64,000 nucleotides of DNA from Phoronis australis (lineage: Eukaryota; Animalia; Phoronida). Positions 48,956 to 61,879 of the stretch are shown piece by piece (positions within the stretch are counted from its first letter, which is position 1; the number at the start of each line of letters is the position of its first letter). The stretch covers positions 1,397,650-1,461,649 of the forward strand of contig NMRA01000020.1 in NCBI GenBank assembly GCA_002633005.1, read 5' to 3'. A program made the translations under genes and the position numbers. The notes under the pieces are model-generated. The model was not told the origin of the DNA. It worked only from the letters and a program-made list of their open reading frames with translations, and did not search any database.

Positions 48956-50386
48956 GTGAGTCACGGTAGTTCATGTCAGGCTTTCAACACGTAGTAAGAG
49001 TCACTGTTCTTAGTTTTTGTATTTTGACGGACTTCTGAGAGGCGATATCCACTTTAGTTAATCTAAATGTTATATTGAGCAACATTTTACAACATGATAT
49101 GCATGAACTTTGTGGGATGCTTATCATGTCATAACTTTTTACGCTGACTATCTACCATCTGTGCCGGATTAGGCATTTAGCAAACGAAGCTATTGCTTAG
49201 GATGCGGCATAAAATAGAGGCCTCACCTCGTAACCACAGGAACACTTGAAAGTCGTGGCACAGACAAAGGAAGGGGAGAGCTGGTGAAAATTCTGATGAC
49301 CTGAAGTCTGCGAGCACTGGCTGTTTGAACAGCTTTGAACCCATTAGTCCTGGCAAGCATACGTGATAACTCTCTCCAGGTTATTCGCTTTGCATTCCAA
49401 GACGGTATCTAGCGTGACTTGAATTTTAAGATGATTACCTGAAGCAATGACGATAATTCTAAGTGGTATGCATTAGGAGTACATCACGGTATGCGTGAAA
49501 AAACTAAGGTAATTGTGACAAATTTGGTACAAGAATGAGCTGTTATTTCTTAGACTCACTTGCATACTTTTGAATTGAAAATTAATTGTTTCCAGTGAAA
49601 ATGGATCTTTAGGACTGATTTGCTTACCATTTGCGGATGCCATTTTGGAATTGAAGGGGATGCACGGGACTGTGACCTAACCCTTAACAGTGGGTGGGTG
49701 TGCGCCGCATTGAAGTGGCCTCTAGAGATAGGCAGTTTGAAATAGTGTTTTCGGGGGAGAGGTGGAGGTTTAAAATTATGATAATCAGGGGCAGAACAAA
49801 TTACTAGGCTCCCAGACCTTCTACACCTTAGACAACCAAAGGAAATCCACTGAATAGGTGTAATCCAGTGTCACTAGGTTATTAAAAAACACCAAAGTCG
49901 CAAAGTGCAGCACAAGACAAAAGTAATCGGGTAAAATACCATGATTTCCCGGTCATGATGTCTAATTTTTTTAATAGCACAAATGACTTGCAGTAGCTAT
50001 TAGGGCGACAACATTTTAATGACAATGACTCGTCCACCTTACAAACTTTCCAGTTAATTTCCCTTTATTCTCAGTTGTGAGGAAAGACAACTTTGACGAT
50101 GAATTTGGCTTCCACCCAACCATCGTGTTGGAGGTATTCCGGGTCATTTTGTCTGACTACCTTTGTCTTATACTGTTGCACCTGTGAAACAATGGTCCAA
50201 CCTGGTCACGTGGAACCTTTCATCTCACAAAGGTTCCATGCGACAAACAGCTCCACCTTAAGGGGATGTCACGCACCCTTCCTTCTTTACCACCATTAAG
50301 TAATGAGGGAGTTACAACTGTGATCCTGGTCTTCACTACTTCTAGCATGTGTGTAGGGAAGTCACGTGTTATAACCTCCTCTTCAG

Positions 50387-50495
50387 GTGCAATAGCGTCG
50401 ACGGCCGTGAAACAGAAGTTGCAGCAGTTTGTGCTGAACAAGAAACAGCGAGAAGAAGCAGGTCCTAGTATGGTGAACTCACCGCCGCAGTTCTG
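50387..50495 (+). CDS. HDAC4: Class IIa HDAC exon with MEF2-binding motif (phase 1-2)
   Basis: cttcag|GT...TTCTG|gtgagt. Encodes (S)AIASTAVKQKLQQFVLNKK, matching the class IIa MEF2-binding motif (human HDAC4 [20 protein letters not shown]). Confidence 0.96.
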
Positions 50496-53400
50496 GTGAG
50501 TCCAGTCTGTTCTGTCACCATGTTCAGGGTGGGGCACTAAGCTAGCCATTAGATGCACAGTGAACACGGATTTTGGCAAGTGTATACTTGAATTATGAAG
50601 GTTCACATCGTTTCACATTGTTTCACATGCCTTTTTATTATCATATTGCCATCTCTTGAAACCTCAATTTGTTGAAATCCTTGTTTATCACAGAACTATT
50701 TTTTCTTCTTGAATGTAGTCCCTGGCTGTTTGTGGTCATGGGGGGATTTTGTCGTCTTGCGAAAAAATACTTGGGATTTTTTTTTCATCTTAAAGTTAAA
50801 ATCTTGATTTAGCGATGATCATGAAATTTTACTGATGTTCTCCTGTAGTTATAATCACAACTGACGTAGGTTTTTGGACGGGTCCCAATATTGTGGTGCA
50901 CCCTTGTGTCAAATTTGTTTTTTTTTGCTTGTGCCTCTGTACCTTCCATTAGCTCCTTCAGTTGATAGATCTTGGTATAATTGTGGGGTCCAATTGAGAA
51001 GAGTATACCTTACATTGATTTTGGGACGAGTTGACTACTAAGAGTCCCTTTTATTTTATATATGACACGATACTAATAAACATTTCCTGGAAGCATACTG
51101 TTGGTATGGATGTTTTTTTGTTTTTGTTATTGAAACATTTCTCATAACAGGAAATGTGTATGAATACGTTAATGTAGATTACACGCCAAAAATAACCATG
51201 GGTTGTGACGAGGCATCACCTGTCATATCGGGAAATGGTGTTTTCTCTGATTACTTTATGCATGTTCTATACGCGCGTCTCGATAAAACAGTTGTCAAAA
51301 TAACAGAACTGGTTGCGTCAGTTTCAGTATAATGATATATTAATTTACTTTGGTCACAATTTTGTCATGCTGAACTTAAGTCAGTGTTGATAATATTGAG
51401 TGTAGATGGAGCTAGCAGTGCTTGTTTATTTCTATTGTCAAAGAACGAGGTAACATTTAAGGAATCTGATTGCAAAGCGCTGAGTGTATACTCATAAGAT
51501 ATACTATTGCATGATTGTCAGCATTTTGAAGAAAAAATGGTTCTCTGTATTGGAAAGTGGTGTGTACTAGTACAGTGGTTCTTACTATCAGTGATCCTTG
51601 GTGTGGAAGCAGGAAGATAAAAGGTTACCAAGAAAACTGTGACATTTTAATTTCATTAGCCTTTTTTGCCCCAGTCATAACTGTAAAGCGTTGTTTTATT
51701 ATAATTGTAGGCGTTGTAATTGACTTAGTGACTTTGCCAAAACTTGATTTTTTTTTTCAAAAAGGTTTTGTCATTTTTGAAATAAGTTTCTGAAGTTTGT
51801 AGAGGCTGCTCGACTCGGTGCTTCTCCAACTTAAAGTAAACTCTCAGCAATTTAAGACACAGTATGGCATTAAATTTTGTTTCCTTAGTTTTTCACAAAA
51901 GTTATGTAACATCAAATTAATGCTTTACCATGTTCAAGTTCTGTATTAGACCTGTCATCAGAAAATATTTTGAAAATTTGTCGGCATTCACAAGAATGTT
52001 AAGAGACCTTGAAAAATGAAGAAAGGTAATTTTGGGAATAGTTTTTGTTCGAAATTGGCGAGATTTTACCATACTGCTTGTTGTGTTCCATTCTGGAGTT
52101 ATTGGCATAGCTTACAGATTGTAAATAGTGATAAGGTTGACTAAATTCCCTGGTACATACATGACCTGCTCTACTTACAAAGTGTTGGGTGACTTTTTGC
52201 TTTAAACTTGAGGCATCATTAGAATAGGCCCACTGAATGTCCTGCATTTTAGTTTCATACTAAAATACTGTATTCGTTGAGATGTGGTGTTTGTGTGCCG
52301 GTGTACTGTCCTGATGTTGTCTTCGTTAATCAGTGATACCATTGAAGCATTCAGTACTTATTCCATTGATTAGTCATCGTGCATGCTGCGACTATAAATA
52401 GCCAGGCACGTCTTGCAGATTAGATTGGCCACCTTTTAATTAATTATTGCTTTTATCGATTGCCTACGGTCCACATTTTCAAGAGAGTTGGTGCTAATTT
52501 CGTCTTTCTGAATTGGCTGATCTTTACTTATCTAATGGCAATGCTAAATCCCCCGTTTATAGAGTTTCTAAGTAGTTACACTTTGTTGTCCAATAAGAAG
52601 ATGACGCAGAAGCGACACTAATGCGTCATGTCTATCTATCTTAAGTAACCAAGATGCTAATAACCTTCCTTTTAAGTTTATTTCTTCTTGTCACGTAATG
52701 ACTTTCTCAGTCTTTTGTGGTTGTGTTTTGAACTATTGATGTACTCTTTAGATAACTAAAAAAAAGCCTGCACAGTTTTATGCTGAAAATAGCTGGCCTG
52801 GTATAATTCATAATGATGCCTTGTCATTTGTTTAAAAACGACTTGTTCTGTACTTTCTTTTTAATTAATATGGGTTTAGAACGGAAAATGCACTTTTGTG
52901 TAATTATGAAGCACTTTTGAATTGTACTCTGTTACATTTGCGATTTTGCGACACATTCATGTCCTGCAGTCACTCCTTATTGAAGTTTGAAAAACCAACC
53001 AGAGATACGTAAAAATATCACACCTCTTGTGAAGTGCTGAGAATCAGTTTTGCATGAATTCACTTAGAGAAGAAGCCATGTGAATAAGAACTTAAGTCTG
53101 ATTTGTTTTGACAGTTATCATGCTAAATATGGCTTTGTAAGCATACCTGGATAAGAAAAAATAAGTAAACAGGCGGTTATATGCGCTCAAGCTTGGCCTG
53201 ATATGTAATGGTGGAGGTCAGACTTCTCTCACCTCTATTGGCATCCTGGATTGGTAGCCATGTCAGTTAGCTGTTTATGATGAGTGCCTGAGCTTGTCTG
53301 GACTTATTTTTGGCTTATAATAGCCAGCAGTTGTGGCATACCCTTCTAATAGCAAGCAGTCAAGGTAGCAGCTATTTTTATGTACTGTTTAAAAATTGCC

Positions 53401-53822
53401 TACAGACTTGTATAAATAGTGGGGTTGGAACTGGGCTATGGGAGAGGGCTGGCTTTCCAGCTGAACCAGTTGTCTTGCTCTGTTCTGTGACAAAACTTGC
53501 TTGCCCTAAATTCTCTGACACTTTGTGACATTTTGACAAAATGTTAGAAATTAGTCAAGTGGGCTGTTGGTATTTGGTTGGGTTTACATTTATTTCATGT
53601 TACATCAAGTGGTGGTTCCTTTTTCACAAATTGTAAAATTATGGAATTCACCGTTATCATTGACAAATATGTCTCACATATGTGACAAAGCAAAGATGAT
53701 GTGGCTTATACATGCAAAAAGCACCAAAAGCCATCGCAACTGAGATTCCCCGTTATGTCATTTTGAAAATTTTGAGATGTGTCAAATTGTGACTTGGCAT
53801 TATATATGAATCCATTCTTTGA

Positions 53823-54337
53823 TTTGACCATGACCGTGGGAAGATGTCTTCTATTTGGTGTTGACCATGTCATGGGAAGACGGTTTCTATCTGAGCTTGA
53901 TCATATCATGGGAAGACTACGTCTATCTGGCTTTGACTATGTCATGGGAAGACAGGTTCTATCTGACCTTGACCATGTTATGGGAAGACTGCGTCTATCT
54001 GGCCTTGACCATGTCATGGGAAGACGGTTTCTATCTGGCCTTGACCATGTCATGGGAAGACGGCTTCTATCTGGCCTTGACCATGTCATCATGGGACGAC
54101 ACTTCTCTCTGGCCTTGATCATGTCATCATGGGACGACACTTCTATCTGGCCTTGACCATGTCATCATGGGACGACACTTCTATCTGGCCTTGACCATGT
54201 CGACATGGGATGACACTTCTCTCTGGCCTTGACCATGTCATCATGAGACGACCCTTCTCCCTGGCCTAAACCATGTCATCATGGGACGACACGCCTCTCT
54301 GGCCTTGACTGTGTCATGGAAAGATTTCATCATGGGA
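53823..54337. repeat. Intronic minisatellite, 36-bp then 39-bp units (~13-14 copies)
   Basis: Unit ccttgaccatgtcatgggaagacggtttctatctgg. Later units carry an extra CAT and read gggacgacac. Confidence 0.95.
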
Positions 54338-55189
54338 AAATGAAAGAACAGTCTAGCGCAATGACATTTTGTTTCTAAATTAATTTTGGCAAATTAAGAT
54401 ATAAAATACGAGTAAATTATGAAAAATATAGTTAATGTCACAATGGTAATTCTCACTGACAGGAGTTGCTGAATTTGAGGAGAGCCAATTTCCTTCTCTG
54501 AATAGCAGGCATGGAACTGGTTCTCAAAATCTTGGACCAATGACTATTGCCATAAACGTAGGGATTTAAGTCTGTAACATTTTAATTTGCAAGGTGACTC
54601 CAGATTCCATGTTTCGTAATTATTTTTTGGTGGAAATTAAATTCTTACAGTTCACCTGTTGACTGATTGGGAAATGTTTCTTTCTGATCATTATTATTAT
54701 TGTTGTTGTTGTTGTCACCATCATCCGAAGTTGAACGCAAATATCCATCAAGCTCTTTACAAAGTGAAAAAATTGTCTGTGATACTTTGTCTCTTTCTTC
54801 TGGCTTAGAAGCAAGGAAATTGAAAACCAATACTCACAAAGCTCTTTACAAACTGAGATGTCTGTATTTGATACTTTGTCACTTACCTCCAGCTGAGAAG
54901 TAAACGTGGTGATTTAGTGTAATGTATCTTAGGTAATTAAGTGCTAACTAGCTGGTCTCTGTTGGTTTAGTCTGGAGAGTCCTTTAGAGTTGTCTAAGCT
55001 AGACTCTTAGGCTGTATTGAGACCTCAACCATGACATAGCTTAGTCAATGTCAGTGGCCAGTTTTCATTGTAATAGGCAGGGTTTTGCCAGCACAGTTGA
55101 GGTGATCACTTCCACGTTGCACTGAATTAGTTACTAAATGACATCTAAGAAGATCAATCGGGAGCAAGTCGCTGTGCTGTACCTACTGG

Positions 55190-55322
55190 GTCCGGTTAAG
55201 TGCCCACCCACGATTTGTTGAAATTTCACGTTTGAGCACCCATGTCTGGTTAACCGCCCACCTCCGAATTTTCAGGTTTGGCAGTTTAACCCCTTTGGGT
55301 GCTAACCCTAATGTTTACGGTA
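55190..55322. mobile_element. Solo, diverged right end of the 37531-39973 element family
   Basis: ttgaaatttcacgtttgagcacccatgtctggttaaccgcccacc...gggtgctaaccctaatgtttacggta aligns with ~39845-39975. Confidence 0.8.
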
Positions 55323-56396
55323 AAAACTGGAGTATTATCCATTCTGTCTCTTGCTCAAGCATTTTGTGAGAAAATGTGTCCCTTTTTAGTAACGCCAAGC
55401 TGAAGCTTTCATGCTGTTGGCTGTTTACAAGCAGATGTTTGGTTGATATTTTGTATGTACAGTAATTCTCCACTTATTTTGCCTGAAAATAATTGTCACA
55501 ATTGCAGTTTTCCATTTTCAAACTAAGACTGATAACTGCAAATAATGGAAAATCTACTAACCAAGTGTTGATTGATGTACAGCATCTACACAATACAAAC
55601 TGTGCTGGTAATACATTAATTTTTTCTTAATCTTTTTTGTTGTGGGGAAATTCGACAAAATAGAATTTCTCTTGTCGGCCATATTGTGTGCAAAATATTA
55701 TGTCTTGATGCGATACAGCTCTTGTTGGTACAACAACCCAGAGGCACCGTTGCAACACAGTACAGTTTCTGTTCTAATATGGAGTTGTTACCCATAAAAA
55801 TACATTTCACAAAAAGTAAGTGTGCAATTGGCATGCAGTCAATGGGGCATAGTTATAACTTTGGACAACTGGAAATTCCTGGATGTCGGGGTGAGCCCTG
55901 AAATAATCAAGGAATAAGCGACTTTCATTTTGGACGCAACGCATCCCTAGTATCTCTTATCCCTCGGTGTTCGTGTCCATTTGCCTGACTCAATTTTCAA
56001 CCAGTGGAATGATTATATTCATACTCAAGACGTACATGTTACGTTGTTGTTTAGCACTAGGCCTAATGTGGGCTTAAGATCAAGTTCAAGTGAAGTTATG
56101 TATAGTACACGCCACAAGTATTCAAACAAAATTACCCGCGGTTCACTGTCATGTCAGCTGGCCAGAAGCCAACTTCATGGTCAGAGTAGTCTCCCCTTGT
56201 GACCAGTAATGAAGGAGAATTAACAGTTAGTAAGGTGGCTAGGCTATTGTGTAATTAGAATTTCACTGCCATAGCAGCTATTACCAGGTATTTTCGTTAA
56301 CAGAATTAGCCATTGTGGCTGGGGAAAACTGTATTTTGTCTGATGACCTTTGTTTTGTACTGTACATGTTTGTAACTAACTCTCCTTTATTTCCAG

Positions 56397-56515
56397 GCCT
56401 CAGGCTATCCATAGCTCCCTGGAGCAACACTCCCCACCACAGAGTGGCCTGTCACCCCCGTACAAACCCAATGTTCTGGGACCATACGCTGACGACTTCC
56501 CGCTACGGAAAACAG
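56397..56515 (+). CDS. HDAC4: Class IIa HDAC exon (phase 2-1)
   Basis: ttccag|G...ACAG|gtatat. Encodes (W)[39 protein letters not shown], leading into the first 14-3-3 site. Confidence 0.95.
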
Positions 56516-57388
56516 GTATATCTAACATTCCTACGAAGATAATGATCCCCCAATTTTAGTGCACAGGTGGTTGTTGGGATGTTTGATATCCTGACGATTT
56601 CCAGTTCGTATCAGCAACTGTAGCTCCACCTAGTGTTGCCATATCTGCATCAGCTGTATACCTGGGTATTTGGTTATTTTCAGAATAACTTTTGGCTTTC
56701 TTTGTTGAAATTGTTAATGTCTAGCACTCGGGACAAAAAGAGCTTTTGATTTGCGTCTCATTTTAACAACAATAGCACTCTACGTGGGGCTTTTCCAATG
56801 TTTGACTGCAATGACCACGGCGTATTGCTTCTAAAAATAAATTGGCAGTCATGTTGAAAGAACATCACTTTCTGAATTGCTGTTCCAGTTGCATGATGTG
56901 TTGTTGAAAAGAAAATAATTTATTCTGAATCAAGTGATTGAACACAAGATAAGACCGTAGTTGCTGGTCTTTCAGATGATAATGCTTGAGTCTTACTTCA
57001 TGGGTTTGGCACTAGTTTCTGGTGTCAATACTGTACTAAATATGGAAATAATCAATACTGTTATGAAATGATAATTTTATGTTGGATTCAATAAGTCCTT
57101 CGTAAGTGTAAACTGCGAGCTTGCTGTATATTACTGAGCACCATTCTTGTGTTAGCATAATGTGCCAGTGCAACGATGAATGCTAGACACTAAAGATCCT
57201 AACCAAAATCAGTTAAACCATCAAATTCAGTCCGAGCTTGTAAGTTTGGCGTAGTGATGATATTTGATATGGAAGGAATATCAGTACTGAATTGGCAGTG
57301 TCCACATCAGTATCGTAATGATTGTCACAGTCTCGTACCCAGTCCTACTCTCTTCCAAAATGAGAGGATTTCAAAAAGTTACAAGTCG

Positions 57389-57538
57389 TTCTTACCAGTT
57401 TTGGTCTTGTGTCTAACCACTTTCTTGTCTATGTCTGAGCTGAATCTCGAGGTATGATCAATTCTTCCTATTTTTGTCTCATGTCTAACCTCTTTCCTCT
57501 TAGCGTCTGAGCCGAATCTCAAGGTACGATCAGTTCTT
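57389..57538 (+). repeat. ~72-bp tandem duplication spanning the acceptor and start of the ASEPNLK exon
   Basis: gtctaacc at 57411 and 57483, gtctgag at 57433 and 57505, TTCTT at 57389, 57462 and 57534. The upstream copy lacks the acceptor AG. Confidence 0.85.
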
Positions 57539-57629
57539 AAACAAAAGGTCATGGAGAAGCGAAACAGTCCACTTCTCATTCGCAAAGACAGAGTGCGCTT
57601 GCAGAAGCGTGCCACTGCTCCGCTGACAA
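57504..57629 (+). CDS. HDAC4: Class IIa HDAC exon: first 14-3-3 site (RKTASEP, S246-equivalent) and NLS region (phase 1-1)
   Basis: ctcttag|CG...ACAA|gtaagt. Encodes (A)SEPNLKVRSVLKQKVMEKRNSPLLIRKDRVRLQKRATAPLT. Confidence 0.96.
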
Positions 57630-58014
57630 GTAAGTGGGAACATGTTGGTTACGTGAACCTGTAGTTGCCATGCAAGAAGGGATCATCTGTAGCTTTAAGT
57701 TGCTATTCGGCCTAGATAAGCCTGAGTGGGCTCTGTGACTTTTCATGGGCCTTAATTTCAGTGACTATGATGTTTCGTTGACAGCATTTATCTTTTCAGT
57801 AATAAGTCTGTTGTGAACAATGATTTTGAGCTTCCCTTTGTTCAGTGGTAGACTTTGTAATCTAAACAGGGTGGTCTTTTTACTTACATTGACGCAATGT
57901 CAGTAGCGTGATAAGGAACACAGAATCCTTATCTGGGTCGACTTCGGTGGTGTTCCACTGACAGCGTGTGATTTTTCACTGTTTTTCTATCGTCTTGTGC
58001 TTTCATTACTTTAG

Positions 58015-58115
58015 TTGATACGACGCTGTGCAGTAGTCCTGAGTCGGGCCCCAACTCACCTCCCGCTCAAGTACCGTCCAATGGCAGCTTGTCGTTGCTA
58101 CAGGGTCATAACGAG
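58015..58115 (+). CDS. HDAC4: Class IIa HDAC exon (Ser/Pro-rich, phase 1-0)
   Basis: actttag|TT...GAG|gtaagt. Encodes (I)DTTLCSSPESGPNSPPAQVPSNGSLSLLQGHNE, similar to the HDAC4 SGPSSP segment. Confidence 0.9.
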
Positions 58116-58508
58116 GTAAGTAACGCATCATGCTGAGCAACTTGCGCAGAACATGTCAGCTGCTGTGCACTGATCCCTGTTCATGAAACTTCTATTTTCC
58201 CATCAGCTTTGTAAAGGATAGGGTTTGAGAACAAATTTTCCCGCGCACCAATATACTCAGCTGGTTATGTCAGAGGTTGAGTTCTTTATGAGTTTCTTAT
58301 TATTAGACATGTTCTTAGCCAAATCTTAAAATGCTGTGAGGTAAGATAATAGGTAGTGAGTTACAGTTACATAGCACTCGACCATGTGTTTATTGAGTGG
58401 GGATCATAAAGAACATTACAGCAGATGGACGCAGAACTTATGAAACTGAAAAGTAAAACTGAAATCGTGTACTCTGCCTGTAGCTAAAACTCTTTGTTAT
58501 TCTGCCAG

Positions 58509-58725
58509 ACCAACCAAGCCCCGTTGGACCTCAGTCTTTACGCCTCACCCTCCATGCCTAACATCTCCCTGGGTCGGCCGCGCGCTTCCTCACCGTGTTG
58601 TCCTCCACAGACAATGAGCCCTACGTCAGAGGCGGAGGTGAGAGCGATGGCTGCCGCACGCCTGGGTCTCCCCCTGACCGGCCATGCCCTGCCACCTGGT
58701 ATGATGCTCTATCCTTCTCTACCTG
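58509..58725 (+). CDS. HDAC4: Class IIa HDAC exon with SPSMPNISLG motif (phase 0-1)
   Basis: tgccag|ACC...CCTG|gtgagt. Encodes TNQAPLDLSLYASPSMPNISLGRP... (human HDAC4 LYTSPSLPNITLG). Confidence 0.93.
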
Positions 58726-59393
58726 GTGAGTAGTGTTTAAAGGAAAACTCAGTAACTGGATAACATTTTTTTTTCAAGTTTGAGAATTTCCATAACTGGG
58801 AATTGAAATCGCATTTAATTTGTCCCCTTTGTGTGTGTTTATGGCAGTCTTAAATTTTGTGTTTGTTTCCGCAGTAAGTTTTTATGATGTGAGAATACTT
58901 AAATCAAGTTAAAAACACTGTTGTTCGGAGAGTAAAATGATTTTAACTCTGTTAGTGTTTTCAATGTCTCTGCTTTTTATTTGAAAAAACGTATTAAGAT
59001 AATAGTTGGAATTTATAGATTAACGGTGTGCTTGCTTTCAAATGTTGTACTGAAAGAGACGAGAAAGATTCAGTTGATGGTGTCACAATTTCATCAACGT
59101 TTAGTTAGATAATAAATTGTGAAATCTTAACCCAAAGTAGACCTTGCATATTTTTATCCTAGAATGAAGCAACTTTGATAATTTCTGACTATTAACGAAG
59201 AACATGGCAATTTTAAAGACTTCAAACTATGCTTTTGCAGATCTTAGCTTTTTTGTAACTGGAAGTGTTAATGCGAGGTAAAAAATGAATCTTGAGTGTT
59301 TATCTATAAATGTCTGTGGTTTTAAAAATCAGTTCTATAAATTCATGCCTAAGAAACTCCTACAACAGCGTTAAGTGTGCTTTCGAATTTCAG

Positions 59394-59539
59394 TTATTGA
59401 CAGTGAGGCTACTTCAGCCGTTGCTGCTCAAATGAGAGTCCTTGAACAAGCTCGTAGCATGGGCCAGCTAGGGGCAGTCAACCCATTACTCAGCCCCTAT
59501 ATGTCATCACAGCCCTCTGTGGGCTTCACACCTGAACAG
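59394..59539 (+). CDS. HDAC4: Class IIa HDAC exon (phase 1-0)
   Basis: tttcag|TT...CAG|gtaagt. Encodes (V)IDSEATSAVAAQMRVLEQARSMGQLGAVNPLLSPYMSSQPSVGFTPEQ. It bridges the phases of the flanking exons. Confidence 0.85.
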
Positions 59540-61030
59540 GTAAGTCATCTGCTGTGAAGAGAACTCCAGTTGCATTTTCCAGCTGTACCATTTTATGTCT
59601 GCTAGCTTTTGATGGAAGTGTTTAAAACCAGCTGATGTCGTATGCTGCATCTTTGTGTTTCCAGCTATGTGTTATGAAACTGAAGTCAGCTGCGCAGTGG
59701 TATCCATTTAGGATAAATGAAGTTCTACTTGAAGGTGGAAATTTTGCATACATTCCACACATTTTACTGTAGTATGTCCAATGAACTGACGTGTGCAAAT
59801 GTTTGCTGTTTGTTTTGCTTCTCGTGTTTTGTACAAATCATCCACCTTACTTGATGAGTAGGGTAAACTCTTACCGATTTCGGACAAAAGGAATTTCGTA
59901 ATTGGTCTTCTAACATTGTTTTTGAATGCCCACAACTTCTCAAAATCAAAGAAGAATCTGCTTATGAGCAAAGGAGCTGTTGTTAAGAAGGAAGCCAATA
60001 TGCTGTGCACGAAAAACTAAGAGCAGCTAATGAGACAAGAATTGTGTTCATGAGAAAAAAATGTTGTCTGTAAGAATGCCGGTGCAGTTTGTGAGATAAG
60101 ACAGATAAGTACCTTTTATTACTGTGTGAAAGGTGATAGTTGTGTCATTGTGTAGTCAAGGAGAGATTTGTACTATTGCTGCCAGTTCCTTTGTTACGCA
60201 ACTATGACAGGATGTAGCTCATATAAAAATGTCTGAGCCAGGTGATTAGTTTAAGAATCTAACTAATTAAAGTAATGGGTATGTTATTGCTCAAGTGAAA
60301 TAGATAGCTCAATTGTTACTATTTGCGTTTCATGTTTTGCTTACATCGCCAATAAACCTGCGTTCCATCGGAGAGATCAATGTTTGATTTGAATCACTTA
60401 CTGCTGTAAAATGATCTCAAGTCCTTACTTACTTACTCAGTTGGGAAGTGTTTTTTGTTCTTGCTAAGAACTGGCAGTTCGTTATTGCTGGAGACCATGC
60501 TTGGCAAATGAAATGACATGCTGTGACGAGTCAACATGTGTAGCCATGTCTCAAGTATTAACAAACTGCCAGTTCATTCTAAGCCACCATGTCTCACCTG
60601 TTTTGACTTAGGAACATTTAAGATCGATTTCATAATGTAAGTTGATTTGTGTGATGGAAGATGGGTTTAGAACTGCTTTAATTTGCATGCATTATGCAAT
60701 GTTATGAGCAAGTGTCCTTGTGCAGCACTGTCATTGACTGTTGTCTCTGTGAGTGTATAATCTTTTATTCCTAATGGTCTTTCGACTTCATCTTGCCACA
60801 ACAATGACTGAATGGCTCAATAGTGATGGGGTGATGTGGGTGAGCTCTTAACTATAGTATGTGATCGTTGCCAAAGCAACGCTCAGGGTGGGTTACTAGT
60901 AAAAAGAATAAGATTGTTACATTACAAAATTTCTCCAATTCCTTGGTGTGTTATAGTATCCAACATTGTGCAAGTTGAACTTTTAACCTTCTGTCCATTG
61001 ACCCCTGACATTTATTCTTCTGACTACTAG

Positions 61031-61177
61031 GTGGCCCAAGCCCGATTGCACCGTCACCGTCCCCTCAACAGGACCCAGTCAGCACCCCTGCCCCTGCCAA
61101 ACCCCCTACTGCAGCAACACATCTTGCATCAGAAGCAGCAGGAACAGATGCTGAAGGACAAGATGTTTGTCAAACAG
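61031..61177 (+). CDS. HDAC4: Class IIa HDAC exon: second 14-3-3 site (RTQSAP, S467-equivalent; phase 0-0)
   Basis: ctactag|GTG...CAG|gtacac. Encodes VAQARLHRHRPLNRTQSAPLPLPNPLLQQHILHQKQQEQMLKDKMFVKQ. Confidence 0.95.
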
Positions 61178-61497
61178 GTACACACACATGTATAGGTTAG
61201 GCCTACTTGTGACAGTACGTGAAAAGGACACTCAGGGCATAAATTTAGACCTGTATTTCATGGGTGGCAGCACAAAACAGTCAATTGTTGCTACACGTTT
61301 TTGTGAAAGTCTTGATGACGGTTCATTTATCCTGGCAACATGACCGCCATTGTTGGCAAAAGGTACCACACAGGCTTCATGGTAGCCTTTGGCCTTTGGG
61401 AATTTTGTCTTGAATATTTATGCTTTAAGACAGTCCATAACAAAACAGCACTAGTTGTATCAAAGGCAGGAATGATAATAATCATCATCACTTGCAG

Positions 61498-61879
61498 CAT
61501 ATCCGTAACACAGTGCTACAGAGGGCAGGCAGCAAGAACCACATGGAGAATGTTGACGAGGAGACAGAGGCTAAACTTGCACAGGAAATGAGAGAAAGTT
61601 GTCGTGATGACGACCCAGACATCACGGTTGTCAGGGATCATGACCTTCCTGCCTCCATCGCGGAGCACCACCTGGATGGTCCGTTGAGTAGACCACCCTT
61701 TTCTATCCACCTCAGGGAGGCGGCAAAGGCCAAAGGTCACAGCAGCGTTGGGGGCAGCCATATTCAGCGACACGAACGGCGCCATCTGGCGAGGACACAG
61801 TCTAGTCCACTGGTCACGTTCAACACAATAAAGAGCCATAGTCCTGAGATGAGCCCGGTCAAACTGAGCTTCACTACAG
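61498..61879 (+). CDS. HDAC4: Class IIa HDAC exon: third 14-3-3 site (RTQSSP, S632-equivalent; phase 0-1)
   Basis: cttgcag|CAT...ACAG|gtgaga. Encodes HIRNTVLQRAGSKNHMENVDEETEAKLAQEM...RHLARTQSSPLV...FTT. Confidence 0.94.

Noticed and set aside
53779-54156. Repetitive 125-aa ORF (LSGLDHVMGRR)n
   Set aside because: Product of a minisatellite whose unit lengths are multiples of 3. No splice context or homology.
58738-59310. Possible TTAA-flanked MITE in the intron (ttaaaggaaaactcag...)
   Set aside because: The right end is too degenerate to establish TIRs.
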